Assembly: GCA_048128005.1 (NCBI GenBank)
Contig: JBEUKZ010000084.1
Location: forward strand, 186,001-250,000
DNA length: 64,000 nt
Direction of reading: 5' to 3'
Source of the DNA: Veleropilina oligotropha
Lineage: Eukaryota
The stretch's first letter is position 1. Every line of letters starts with the position of its first letter. The notes under the pieces were generated by a model that worked only from the letters and a program-made list of their open reading frames with translations, did no database searches and was not told the origin of the DNA. The position numbers were made by a program, and so were the translations under genes. This document shows, piece after piece, positions 37,528 through 50,400 of the stretch.

Positions 37528-37950
37528 TAAGATAATATAAGTTGTCGGACGACGTCGCGGTGAATACGGTGGATTGAATACCGAATAAAGTTAAACCACG
37601 AGGCGCTAGCGCCGAGTGGTTTAACGTTATGAGGTATTCAATCAAACGTATTTACCAAGACGTTGTTCGACAACGTATTTATCTTGATTTCTTAACGTGA
37701 GGCTGATTAACACAGTCCCGATTTGGTTCATAGCACTTGTTATGTTTATGATCATAGCAGCCATTTGCAGTAAGGCCGGTTTCAGTAAGACCGAGTTATT
37801 TCCCTTGACGGACAGTTAGCCCATCAGAACAGAGCATTGGCGTCACCGTTGTTTATGGATCCATAAACAACGGCTGGTCGGTGTTTACGGACAGTTAACA
37901 AAATGACGTCAGCCAATCAGAACAGAGAATTCGCGGCGAAATCAAGATAA
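37528..37950. mobile_element. Fold-back non-autonomous element (about 160-bp hairpin plus a second IR; Crypton-like architecture)
   Basis: Arms 37528-37599 and 37616-37686 flank GAGGCGCTAGCGCCGA; TTATCTTGATTTC (37679) is inverted as GAAATCAAGATAA at the 37950 end. Confidence 0.6.
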
Positions 37951-39476
37951 GGTAGGGTGAACGACTAGATTGAAAGACTTATTTCTGGGTGCCATGATTG
38001 ACAGCTGTCCCGTGTAGGCAATCACCATGATTACCAAGATATGAATTTTTGCATGTTAACTAAGGTAAAAGCATTTCGAAATTGCTAGTATAGCATTATG
38101 ACCTCGGTGACAGTACCGAGAGTAATTATTATGATAACGTTACTTATTCACCATGGCCTGTCAATGGCTGTGCGATGCGACTAGTGTGTTGGCGAAGTGT
38201 CTGTTTGTCTTCAGCTATCACCGCTGCCTTAAAGCGCTGTTCTGCAGCATCGCGAAATTTGAGAACCGATAAGCATCGTCTGCTAGTACAGTTGTCTCTC
38301 TGTAGAAAGTCATATGCAGTGCGACCCCTTCGTGACTGGACACCGCGAGGTCTCAGGCTGAACTGCTTGATCTCGGAGATTATTTTCCCGCAGACGTGCG
38401 ACATGCATGACCCACCAGTTTGTGGATATTCTTTGGAGTCCACGATTCAAATCCTCCAGCTATGAGCAAAAGCTATGAATACTGCCTTGTAGATACCTTG
38501 GTAGATGTAAATACTAAGGAAGACAACACCAACCGACAATCCGGAGTGGAGCCCCGAAGACGGTGTTATTGAGCCCCATTATCTTTCTGCAACTCATGTT
38601 ATGCTGTGCATCACTTTGTGTTGTAATGATTGGATCGAGAGGGGCGTGGTGTTCGGGAAGCCCATGTTGTCCATACTTTTTTTCGCCCATGATTCGGTGA
38701 CGTCATATTTATGTCTACACTTCCATTGTATCTACACTGAAGCGATGGGCGAGTGTTGACGGTAGCAGGCATAAGATAAGACAGGGGACCTCTAGCCACG
38801 GACCTGCACTCAAGTCATGGTTGGATGGTCGCTCTCTTCGTCAGCGACGCAAGAGAAGAGTCGACACCTACTTCGACGACGAAGCAACCATATTCAAGGG
38901 CAGCAGCGCACCCCAGGCGAAGGTCTAGAAGGTGGGACATAAAAAGCTTGCCTCACATTATCCTGTTAGCAAGTCGCATTTTAATGGCCATCTATATATT
39001 ACGTTCGAAAATTAACCCCCTGCAATAGATGAGATTTGAACTGAAGAGGTACAACATTTACATTTCTGCATTTAGCGAAACACTCTAAGTGGGCACTGGA
39101 ATAGTTGCTGAAGCAGGTGCTGGATACACGTTTCTCTGGATTGGCAAAGCTAAAGTGAAACCTAGGGAAGCTGGTGTTGGATTTGTAATCCGTAACAAGA
39201 TGTATAAACGAACGTCTGGTGGTGGTGAGACCTGGGACCACTATACTAGTATAATAGTCCCAGGTGAGACTGCCTTTACGCAGACAATTTAACCTGACAA
39301 TCATTAGTGCATATACCCGAACCATGATCTATGACTTGGATCGGAAAGACATGTTTAATCAGGAGTAGGTTGTGACTCTCATGCCCGGTCGAATGTTATT
39401 GGTCCTTATAGCATTCAAGCTGTCATATGCTTCCTCAATTACCAGACATACACTACCGTGCGCTCCAAACGGCGAC

Positions 39477-39735
39477 GGCCGCTTCGGCAGCGCAGTGGGT
39501 AGAGTGTCCACTCTAACTTCACTGGCTTGATTCCGCTAATGCGAACAGTAGTGGGTTCAATACCTGGCAGAGGCATTGAAATTTGTTCAAGTTATGAATC
39601 ACAGTTGTCCGTGACTGGCCGAAGATGGCGGGTTTACCCGGGCGACCGGGGTTTCCTCCCGCGATAACACGGACATGTCCTGCCTTGAACCTCGATGTTG
39701 TAAATATACAGGACATTAAGCATCATTCCTCCCTC
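39477..39735 (+). mobile_element. tRNA-derived SINE, family 1, with 12-bp TSD
   Basis: Flanked by CCAAACGGCGAC at 39465-39476 and 39736-39747. Confidence 0.9.
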
Positions 39736-40623
39736 CCAAACGGCGACACCACATCGACCATTTAATCACAAGGCGCTGTGATATTCGTATCACAAGTGTC
39801 GTGAGATCAGCCGATTGCTCGAACGGTCATCTACTGCCAAGCAGCACGCTATCTTTTTGCATTATCCCTGCATCTGATTCTGGGCAGGACGACTGGGTTC
39901 AAATCAGAGACACATATGTACGACTCAGTTGAGCATACCGTTGATCACCTCAAATGGAAACATCAAGATTGGTTTGATGAAAACAAATTGTCTGTCTTCG
40001 CAATGAAAAACTGAATGCTTTCAGCAGCTGTTTACGTGATAAGCAGTCAACCTCGAATCATGACTGCCTTATAAATCTCCGAAAACAAGTTCAGACAGAG
40101 CTTCGCAAAATGAAGGACAAGTGGTGGGAGACGAAGTACGAAGATGGACATAACACTAAAAGTTATTCGTTGGACAGAAAATGGTCTACGTCCATTTAAA
40201 TAACATCTGTCCGCTCTGTTGATGGCATTCTCAATACAGAATGAAGATCACATGAATAGACATCCTCAGAGTGAACAGCAGGCTATTTGATTCACTTGGC
40301 GACCCACGAACTCTGGCGGAAATCCGTAAAGTGCGTAGCAAAGGAACGGTCGACCTGATCATTTTGCAATTCGTTTGATACAGGAAAAATGTAGGAAGCA
40401 GAACAGAACCCATACCTACTCATTGCCGATTGACACAGGCATTTGATACTGTTCCTCTTGTAAGCATGTGGACAATCTTATGAAAGCTTGGATGTCCGCC
40501 AAAGTTAATCAGAATTAGCAAGTCATATCATGATGAAATTGTAGCAAGATTGGTCGAAAATGTTTGTGTCTGATCCATTCCCTGTCAGCAATGGCATTAT
40601 GCACGGTCGCATCGTGGCACTTG

Positions 40624-42850
40624 CAGGCACGTAGGAAGATAGTCTCACTTGGGGGGGCAAACTATATATATATATATATATATTATATACATAGATACAT
40701 ACATACATTATTAATATGTGTTTAAACATATATAAGTTCCAAGGGCGGATCCAGGGCTTTGAAAAGGAGGGGTTCCAACTTTGACCAAATATTAATTTAT
40801 ATCGTGTCCGCGTACTCCACGCGGAACAAAATTTTGTCAATTAAATGTGTGGAACCCCCTCTCCTGCATTATTACAATGCAAACGTGATATTTCTTACCA
40901 ACATATATGAACCACATTCACTATAAAGTATGAGGCAGTCTTTCGTTTTATTTTCACATTCAACCACATTCATTTCTGATTTAAAAAAATTAGGGGTCCA
41001 GACCACTTGGTCGAAGAAAATTTTGACAATTAACGGTGATATCCCCCTCTACCGCATTATTGCAAAGCAAACGAGATATTTCTTATAAACATTTATGAAC
41101 CACATTGAGGCAATTTTTCGTTTTTACCACAAACAAACACATGCATTTCTGAATTTCAAAGGAGAACTGGATCACCTGTCCCTCACCCAGGAAAATTTGC
41201 CAATTAAAGGAGTGAAAATGCGTCCCTTGCATTCTGACAGTGCGATCGCGATATTTCTTATCAACATTTATGAACCATTTTCCTAAAATGCGTGAGTAAA
41301 CTTCGTTTTTTCACAATCAAACACATGAAAGTCTGATATCTAAAGTGCCAACCACATGCTCCGCCCCCCCCCCCCCCCAGAAAATGTTGACAAGTTATGG
41401 TGTGAAACCTCCCAGGGGCGGATCCAAGATTTTAAAAAGAGGGTCCAACTTTCATCAAATATATTAGGAACTGTTAGTGTGGGGGTGGGGCCCCACGCAA
41501 AATAAAATTTCGATATTTCTTTCCAACATTTATGAACCATTTTCACTAAAATGTATGAGTAATTTTTTCCTTTTTATCACAATGTAACACATGCATTTCT
41601 GTTTTCAAACGTTGGGTCCAGACCGCCTGTATCCCAAGAAAAGTCAAGAAACGGTGTGAAACTCGATCACCTCCTGCATTTTGATGCTAAATTGTTTTCA
41701 TAAAAATGTATAAAGAAATTTGTCTTTTTTTCACAATCAACGGCAAGCATTTTTTATTTTCTAGAGGGGGGGCGCCTAGAACCGCCAGAAAATTTTGATA
41801 ATTCACGATTTGAAACCCCCTCTCCAGCATTCTGCCAGTGTGAACGCGATATTTTTTACAAACATTTATGAACCGTTTTCATTCAAACGTATGAATAAAT
41901 ATTTCGGGGGTTTTCGCAATGAAACACATGCATTTCTCATTTTCAAAAGGAGGATCCGGACCCTCTGATTTGTCAGAAAATTTTGACAATGAAAGGTGTA
42001 AAATCCCTCGCATGCATTCTGACAGTACTAACACGATATCTTACCAACATCTATGAACCGTTTTCACTAAAATGTGTAAGTATTTTTTACACATCTTTCG
42101 ATTTATGTCTCATTCAAACATATGCATTTTTTATTTTCAAAAAGGGGGGTCCAGACCCCCTGGATCCGCTATAGTGTCCCCTCTCCTGCATTCAGATAGT
42201 TCAAACGCGCTATTTCATATCAACATTTATAAACAATTTCAATAGAACGTATCGGTACATATTTCGTTTTTTTTTATGATCAATTTCGATTTGACAATTA
42301 ACAGTGTGGAACCCTCTGTCCTGCATTCTGACGGTGCAATCAGGATATTTCTTATCAACAAATATGCATCATTATCACTAAAATGTATAAGTTAATTTTT
42401 AGTTATTACTCCCTCTGGATCCGCTAGTGTATAACCGTTTCCATATAATGCTAAACAAACATGTTAAAACAAAACTTTGCAAGAATCATAATATTATTGT
42501 ATGCACAAAGCTGAACATAACGAAAATTTAGCCTGAGTTGCCCTATCAGTGTAGTAGCCTATCAACACAATCATGAAGAAGGCTAAAACAGCCACTAAAT
42601 ACCAAAACTATAGTGTCAATGCGCCACACAAAATACTGTCAGAATACCGACAATCACGGAAAATAAATAATCCAATCTTTTCTTTACATTTATGCAATAT
42701 ATGTGCTATCCACTAGTTAATTCTCAGAGATGTAGTGCTTGTTTTATAGTCGAATCACTTGTTTACAATGGACTTGTATATATACACAATAAAAAAAAAA
42801 ATTTAGATGTAAATATTTGCCCCCCCCCCCCCTCGGTTCCTACGTCCCAG
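40624..42850. mobile_element. Non-autonomous TIR element with 5-bp TSD and internal degenerate tandem repeats (about 190-bp units)
   Basis: Termini CAGGCACGTAGGAA / TTCCTACGTCCCAG; TSD ACTTG (40619-40623, 42851-42855); removing it rejoins the RTE RT frame. Internal repeats CCCTCTCCTGCATT...CAACATTTATGAACC and nested GGCGGATCCA / TGGATCCGC ends. Confidence 0.8.
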
Positions 42851-43559
42851 ACTTGCATTGTTCAACCTCATACTTGCCATGATGTTGCTTCATGACGAAC
42901 GTCGAATAACAATTCGCTTCAAGTTTTTCGACCTTAGCCAAAACGAAGGTGTACCTTGATATCGTAAGGTATCTTTTATTAGCAGATGACTGTGCTCTAG
43001 CAGAACACGACGAGTCAGACCTGCAAGACCTGGCTACCTGTCTCTCAACATATTCGGCATTTGGACTCACCTTCAGTTCACAGAAAACATAGATGCATGA
43101 CTCTTCAATCAGTGCCTGGTATTGTACTTCCGGAACAGCCGATCAAGATTGATGGAACGAATCTCTTGGAAGGCCTCAAATTTCAGGTGAATTGCTGGGA
43201 AACACTTGCTGCAGACCGGACCTCTAGGCGCTCTGCTATCATTAAAGGAGTCATCGTTATTGAAGCAAGTTGGATACAGGATCTTCATCAGAAACGCATT
43301 GCCCGAACAAAGAAGAGACCAGATCCAGCAGCTGCAGTAGTCTGTCAACATGTGCGGTGTCACTGCGACAGCGTTCCATGACCTGTTCACTTACTTTGCT
43401 CTTTGAGTCGAGATTTATTTTCCCTTTTAAATACCAGATATCTTATATTTGGACGTGTTCATGATGTCATGAGTAGAAAGACAGAATATCCGGGGATACA
43501 CACCCACCTCGGCCTGCTATGGGCAACTGCAGTTCTGAAAGATCTTCATCAAGGGGTTG

Positions 43560-44290
43560 AAACCAGAATAATTGGTGCAAGTGGAATGAAAGATTACCGA
43601 CTCTGAGGTATCATGTGCTGTTGCGTGTGATTCAAACAGAAATGGGTATCCGAATCGATTACCTCTATTTTAAATTCGATGGCATGTACGGTGGTGATGT
43701 GCAGAAACAGCTGAAGTGTAATTGCCATCTCTGATGGATTTCGAATGTTCAGTTATCCTAGTCTTTAGTCGTCTCACAGGCTCCCTGATGTAAAACGCGT
43801 TAAAGTCTTCACAGTTTATTCGGTAATCTGCTCTGCATATGTCCTTAGGTGTGACCAAAAGCTGCCTCGGGGAGGTGGCTGGTTTCGATACAAGACTGGT
43901 GTTACGTTTTTTGTATATTCTTGCAAGTTATTAACTGACGCCTATTTTATAAGGTAGGAGCATCATTTGATGATATACCTGTTGTCCTTGGGCATTGCGT
44001 TGTCCTGTTGGTCTCTGCTATTTAGTGCCCAGTCAGGATAGCCGCAAACACCTTTCAACGCTTCCTTGACGTGGTTTCGCTCAGAGATGCAGTCCTCCTC
44101 TGAGACAATAGAATCACATCATTGTAACAGTGTTCGTATGACTCCTATCTTTTCTGATGTAATGGGTGATGCAAGTTGAAACTCAGGTTCTGGTCCGTGC
44201 TTGGGGTTTTTTGGTATACCTGAGTGGTAAAATTACCATATGTCTGGTGTACCACTAAAGTATCCAAGAAAGCTAATTCCCACTCGAAAA
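43560..44290 (-). mobile_element. Penelope-like retroelement fragment (RT C-terminus plus GIY-YIG)
   Basis: YRINCEDFNAFYI...RRLKTRITEH...SAVSAH in ORF 43670..43858; upstream remnants LDTLV, VYQK, GYPDW on the minus strand. Confidence 0.75.
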
Positions 44291-45189
44291 TTCGAAATTC
44301 ATCACAGATGGCAATTATACTTCAAGTGTTTCACAAAATTCCATCACCAACAGTCATGCCATCGACTTTAAAACAGTTCAGGTCATTGTTTCGGATACCC
44401 GATATTAACATCGTAAAACGAGGGGGTGTATCCCCTCCCTGTTCGGCAGTCATACTTAAATAGGAAATCAACGAAAACAGTGATTATCGATAAGCGGCGT
44501 GTCCTTATCCTATCAAATGTGGATATCAAATTTGAATCAACTCGGATAACAACTGTTCACTGTAGAGCGTACACAAGAAATCTCTTCAAATAAAGTTCCA
44601 ATCAGAGTGCGTAGGTGATCACATGTTTCTGAAAATTGCTGAAGACAATAAAATCATGCTTAAAAATTCTCATTTTTGCTGTTCTTGAAACCCAAGTGAA
44701 AGGCAAACAACTCTTACAGTCATATTTTGCTACAGATTCATTCAAGATATCTGACATAATGACCGCTCCCCAATTATTTGTCCATACAAAACAGATATAA
44801 GTAGTTATCCCATAACTTCCATTATAAATACTCTACTGTGTCATTGTTCAACTACTCATATGGGTCATTATCAAAACATGCTTTCCGTTCTATATGTATT
44901 AATAGCTGTATGATATATACACATCATCTTTGATATGTGGAACATGTTTGAGGGAAGGAGGGAGTGGTATTTCAAAGATGAACTGCACCCTTCGCTGGAA
45001 GGTGCAGAAGTGCTGACCAGGGCGCTAGACGAACATTTAATCTGTTAAAGGGGGAAGTGGGATCAACAAAGCAGAGAACAGAACAGTCAGAAAACAGCTA
45101 TCTAAATAATGCAATGAAGCAAAGAAACCCACAAAAGTCATTGGAAAGAAGATAGGCCCTTCAAAATCTAGAGGAGATAAAAATGACGA

Positions 45190-46778
45190 AAAAGTGCTAA
45201 AAGTTACCTTTACAAATGCACAAAGTGTGATGAATAAGCAAGGGGAACTAGAAACACTAATCGATTTACACAATCTAATCCAGATGTGTTAGGAGTTAGT
45301 CGTGGACAAATAGTAACATAAAGGATGCTGAATTAAATATATAGAGAGGATAGAACAGATACGTTAAATGGCAGAGGGGTATTACTATACATCAAAGGTG
45401 AATTAAATTCTGTTTCTCGGGATGATTTTAAAATAAACTCTTTTCAAAATTCGATTTGGTGTCAAATCATGTCCAGTAATGAAAAAGATTCCACAATTGT
45501 AAGTATTGTTTACCATTCACCAAATAGCACTGAAGAGAATGATGCTAACTTATAAACAGTAGATTGGAAAATGTGAGCAACTCTACGGTCAACGTATTAG
45601 TTATGAGAGACTTTACTTACCCAGATATAAATTGGAAAAACTTGCATAGTGGGAAAGCATGAAATAACTTTTTAACAACTATGCAAAATGGATTCATGCA
45701 CCAACATGTGGATTTCCCGACTAGAGGCAATAATGTGTTAGATTTAATGTTTTCCAGTGAGGCAAATATGGTGCAAAACATTAACAGAATTGGAAAACTT
45801 GGAAGTACCGAACACGATTTGATTGAATTTCAGCTACACACGACAACAACTGTGAAAACTAGCAAACAACAATACCAGATTTTCGAAAAGCAGTCTTTGA
45901 CAAAATTAAAGAAGATCTCCTAAATATAAACTGGGAGGGAACAGAAAACCTAAATTCTAAAGAATGTTGGGATGTTCGAAATAACATCGAAGAAATAATG
46001 AAAAGAAATGTTCCATTAAAGTGTAGACGCAAAAAACATTCACCACCATGGATAACCAGGAAAGTAAGGAAAATTATAAGAAGGAAATACAAACGTTGGA
46101 AACGATACAGAGAGTCACATGGCAAAGAGGACCATCAAAAATATAAAGAATGGGAGAAAACAATTAAAAAAGAAAGCCGTGCAGCCAAAAAAGCTAGCGA
46201 AAAACATCAAGGAAAACCCTAAATCATTTTATGCTTGCATTAGGTCAAAACAAAAAATGTCGTAGATCCCTTGAACGATGAAAATGTAATATCAGATGAT
46301 GCACAAATCTCAGAATCCCTAAACAAATATTTTACATCTGTATATATACTCGAGGATACGGTAAATATTCCACCGGTAAAGCATATATTTCAAGACCATG
46401 AAATTTTTTGTGAAAGTATTGAAATTAATACGGATATGGTTGAAAAAAGATAAGCTTATTAAATGACACTAAAGCTCCAGGTCCAGACAGCATATATCCC
46501 AAATTGCTAAAAGCAGGTAAGGACGAATTAGTAACGCCATTAACCCTGATATTCAATAAATCTCTACAAGAAGGCAGCTTACCTGATGACTGGAAAACTG
46601 GAAACATTTCTCCAATCTTTAAAAAGGAAAGTAGAGCAAATACCAAAAATTATCAACCTGTTAGTCTGACATCAATAGTAGGCAAAATAATGGAATCTAT
46701 ATTAAAGGATACTATCTTAAAACACATAAATGTGTTTGGCCTACTAACCTTAGTCAACATGGGTTTATGGAGAAAAGA
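45190..46778 (+). mobile_element. CR1-clade LINE ORF2, 5' part (decayed), interrupted by copy B
   Basis: APE remnants (QHVDFPTRGNNVLDL), PPWIT, KAPGPD, LPDDWK, NYQPVSLTSIVGKIME, QHGFMEKR. Confidence 0.88.
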
Positions 46779-47032
46779 GGGGGGGACTAGGGGGTTTTGA
46801 ACTCGGTTAGGGGGGGGCCGGGCGACCGGGGAGGTTCCCAGCCCTATTTCCGAGCTGAGGGGGCTCGTAATATATACCCCTAGGGCATTTAGTAGAATCC
46901 GGGGAGGGAGGGGACTAGGGCATCCCCCGGGGGGGGGGGGTGGAGGCTCCCAACCCTATTTCGGGACTGAGGGTAGGGATTGTATTACAAAAAGTCACCG
47001 TGTGTACAGCGGCCCACTACCCTAGCCGGGCA
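46779..47032. repeat. Left TIR of copy B (254 bp)
   Basis: Reverse complement of 61817-62040 apart from a few substitutions and an extra segment of about 30 bp (near 46926-46956). Confidence 0.95.
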
Positions 47033-47083
47033 CCGGGCTCGATATCTTAGTGTCATAATCTCTATTAGAGACTGGTATATGCA

Positions 47084-47377
47084 ATGATATCCGTTATAAC
47101 CATGTGGGGCACGGACACCTGTCAATGGCTCACCATCAGCTCCACGGAGCTTTGTGGTAAACGATGCCTGAGAGAATTTTGCAAAGTACACCTGGCTCGG
47201 CAACGGCGAAATGGCCGGGGCACAAAGCCCTGCATCAAATGCGGCAAAGGCGTCTTCAACCGGTTTACGTTGTGTAAGGGCTGTGGGTATAAGATTAAGA
47301 ACGCTGTGGACTGGAAACGGAAGAAAAGGGCCTTCGAGAGAGAGTTTCTCCGCATGGCTGCAATTTACCACACGTAA
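47084..47377 (+). CDS. Small Cys/His-rich (Zn-finger-like) basic protein
   Basis: C-x10-C-x3-C-x4-C-x2-H followed by CIKC and CKGC pairs; first ORF inside the left TIR; the start may be ATG 47102. Confidence 0.6.
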   Translation: MISVITMWGTDTCQWLTISSTELCGKRCLREFCKVHLARQRRNGRGTKPCIKCGKGVFNRFTLCKGCGYKIKNAVDWKRKKRAFEREFLRMAAIYHT

Positions 47378-47428
47378 ATTTCCTATTAGAGGAGTGGCTG
47401 TCCCAGTGTATACCCGACATATATAGAG

Positions 47429-50400
47429 ATGGTACGTGTCTCCCTCAGAGAGCTACGCAATCTAGCGAGAGATTATGGGATTCCCGATCGGTCGAAGCTC
47501 AAGAGAAACGACCTCATCAGGGCATTGGCCGGGGTCCGTGCGGCCGAGTTTCGGAGGAGACTCGAGCAGGCAATGAAGACGGGAAGATTCCCCTCCATCC
47601 GTGGAGATGTGGAGAACCCCCACAAACGAGGCCGTCGTGCTCGCGAATTGCAACAGCTTAAGGACGAGGTCGATGTTGCCCTCAAGGTCCGTAAATACAA
47701 TTCCCAGGCTGAGAAAAAGCCCTTGCTACGACAGACGGCACTTCGCAACATCACGGATCGAATCATCAAGCCACACCTGCACGGTCTGACTCGGTCTCGG
47801 AAAGAGACCCTTGCGGGGGCTATTGCTCGGAAGGGGAGGCCCCCCCCGGGGATCTGCTGAGAGATCACCTAGCCTCAGATGCGTATTATTCCCTTCTCGT
47901 TGACGGTGTCGCAGTCCTGTTCCCCGATGGGGCTTATATTAAGACGGGCGCCGACATCGTCCGTAAAGAGATTACCGAGGCTGTTGATGGTCGTAGATTC
48001 GACTTCCAGGCTGTTGTACGGGGGCCTGACATCACAGACGAAGGCGCGGTGTATTGGGTATCGTGTGAAAAGAGGGATCTTCGGGTGACGCTGGGCATGG
48101 CCTCGGAGGTGTTGGAACTTCTAGACCCCGACACACAGTACAAGCTGTTCACGGTGGTGGGGAAATCGGCCAAGGAGCCTCTTGCCCAAGTGACAGAGGA
48201 AGTGGGTGTCTCTGAGCATCACATTAAGGGGAAGGGGGTGGTTCGCGGAGACCAGGTCAGCGCCGGGGCTCTTCACGGCATCGACCAGGCGGCGTGGGAG
48301 AAGGGGCGAGAGTATCTCGTCTACATCCGGTACGAGCTTCGTCCGCTTCCGGAGCAAAAAGGAGAACCGGGGCCAATGCTAGCCCCTCAAGAAGACGGAG
48401 AGTTTGTAAACTGCTTCGTTCGCTGTGTGGTGGACCACTTCCAGAACAACATGACGAAAGCCGGACACGGGTTAACGAGGAGCCGCAGACAGATTCTGGA
48501 GCAGTTCGACCGGAAGCTTGCGGACCGGGGCTGCACACGCGATGATATGTTCTCCATTGAAGCGGCTCTCAAATTCAAGCTTGTTGCCGTCGACGCTTTA
48601 GGCAACACTCTATGGGACAGCGGTAAATACAAGGGCCGGCCCAAGATTCGGATACCGTGCCATAACAACCACGCATGGGCAAGCATCCCGATCGATCCAC
48701 CCAAGATCTTACAGGTGTACAGTCTCGACGACATCGCAGAACAGGCCCTTGCGTCTGCGGCCCAGAAGACCATTGCGGCCCCAAAGACCACTGCGGCCCA
48801 GAAGACCATGGACCAAATTACCAGAGAGGTTCTGATCGCATTTGCCACCAGGGCCATCCCATCGACGGTCCGGGTCTGGGTATGTGGACAGGCTCTCGTG
48901 GGTAGCGATGGTTCCCTGTGGAGGTCGAGGGCTGAGGGTATGGCTATTGACCACGCTTTCGAGGACGAGACGCATTGGCATCCTTCCGAGATCCCCGAAG
49001 AGCTTAAGAAGCTTGAAGAGGAATACCACCGAGCTACCCACTCCATGGGTGGCGCCACGTCTTACCGGTTCCAGAAGTGGTTGGCCCGCGAGGAGATCAA
49101 GCCAACGCCAGAAAGCCACCTGGACACCTGGAGAGCGGCTCAGGTTGAGGCCAAGGTCTGGAATTCTGACGACGAAGCCGCAGGCACCAGTGTTCATCAT
49201 CATCTCGACATGCGCGCAGCATACCTTGGCTGCGAAGACTGCCACTGTGGCGGGGTCGGAGAATCCATAGATCTAGTGCGCCAGTATGGGTTCCCGACGA
49301 GTATGATGCGTCGTGCGAACGTCGAGGGTGTGCCCATGACTCTGGTGATCTGGTGGAGGTCACAGCGCGCGAGGTGGTATACAGCGTCGGCACGAAGGCC
49401 GCTATCAAATTCACATTACGAGACCTGGCCGTGCGCTTCGTTGGCAAGTGTGCTCGCCACGGTGATGAGTCGAGCATCCTAGTTCGCGATCCAAACGAGG
49501 CCGCCTACTTGGCCAATGTTCTCGGCGGCACTGACCGTCTCCTGAACTTCGAGAAGGCCGGCAATGTCCACCTCATTCAGTACAAGGACGGAAGACGGCG
49601 GACGCAGTGGTTCCACATCCGAGCCTTCGTACTCGCATACACGAATATCGCCCTCCGCCGCATGCTACGAAGATTCCCACGAGAGGATGTCCTTCATGTC
49701 TGCACCGATGCCATATACGTCAAGAGCCTGCCCGATTCGGTCGAACATATGCTGGTCCCAGACCAGCCTAGGTATGGGCAGTGGCGACACAAATCCCCGG
49801 GTTATGAGTGGCGCCCAGAGGCTGCTGCTTGGACGATAGAGCATGTTGGTCGTCTCGACTTGCCCCATGGGGTGAAGGCCCCTCCGTTCCCTTCCGATAT
49901 CAGCGCGGCCACCTCGCGACGTTTATACCTCGCAGGTCAAGGTGGGAGTGGAAAAACCGAGTGGGCAGTACAGACATTTCGTGGTCGGAAGCTGGTGGTG
50001 CTCACCCCTGAGAACGACATCGCCCAAGAACACCGAAACAACCCGAGACTTGGTCTAGAGAATGCACAGGTTCAGACGATCCACCACTACCTATGTCTAC
50101 CCGTCGGCAAGCCGATCGAGGATTGGGACCCGGCTGCCCTAGGACACCGACTCGACAATCTAGCCGAGGTTGTCGTCATCGACGAGTGCTGCAAGATTCC
50201 CACGAAGACCCTGATGACCGTCCTTGAGTATCTCGCCCGGCGGACGTGTCAAATCATCTGCGCCGGGGATATGGGACAGATCCCGCCGTGGGGCGATAAA
50301 GAAGGCCCTCACCTCATGCGGTGGTTTGACACTGACTATAGGTGCCTGTGCGAGGCGTGTGGCGAGCCGTGGTCCTGCTGTCGCTGTCAGAATGGGCCAA

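Larger units (their letters stand above)
39020..43381 (+). mobile_element. Highly decayed RTE-clade LINE interrupted by a SINE and a TIR element
   Basis: Endonuclease remnant GAGYTFLWIGK...EAGVGFVIR (39089..39292); RT remnants FDTV, KLGCPPK, DPFPVSNG (about 40440-40620) and LLLADDCAL (about 42970); C-terminal WETLAADRT (43061..43381). Confidence 0.75.
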
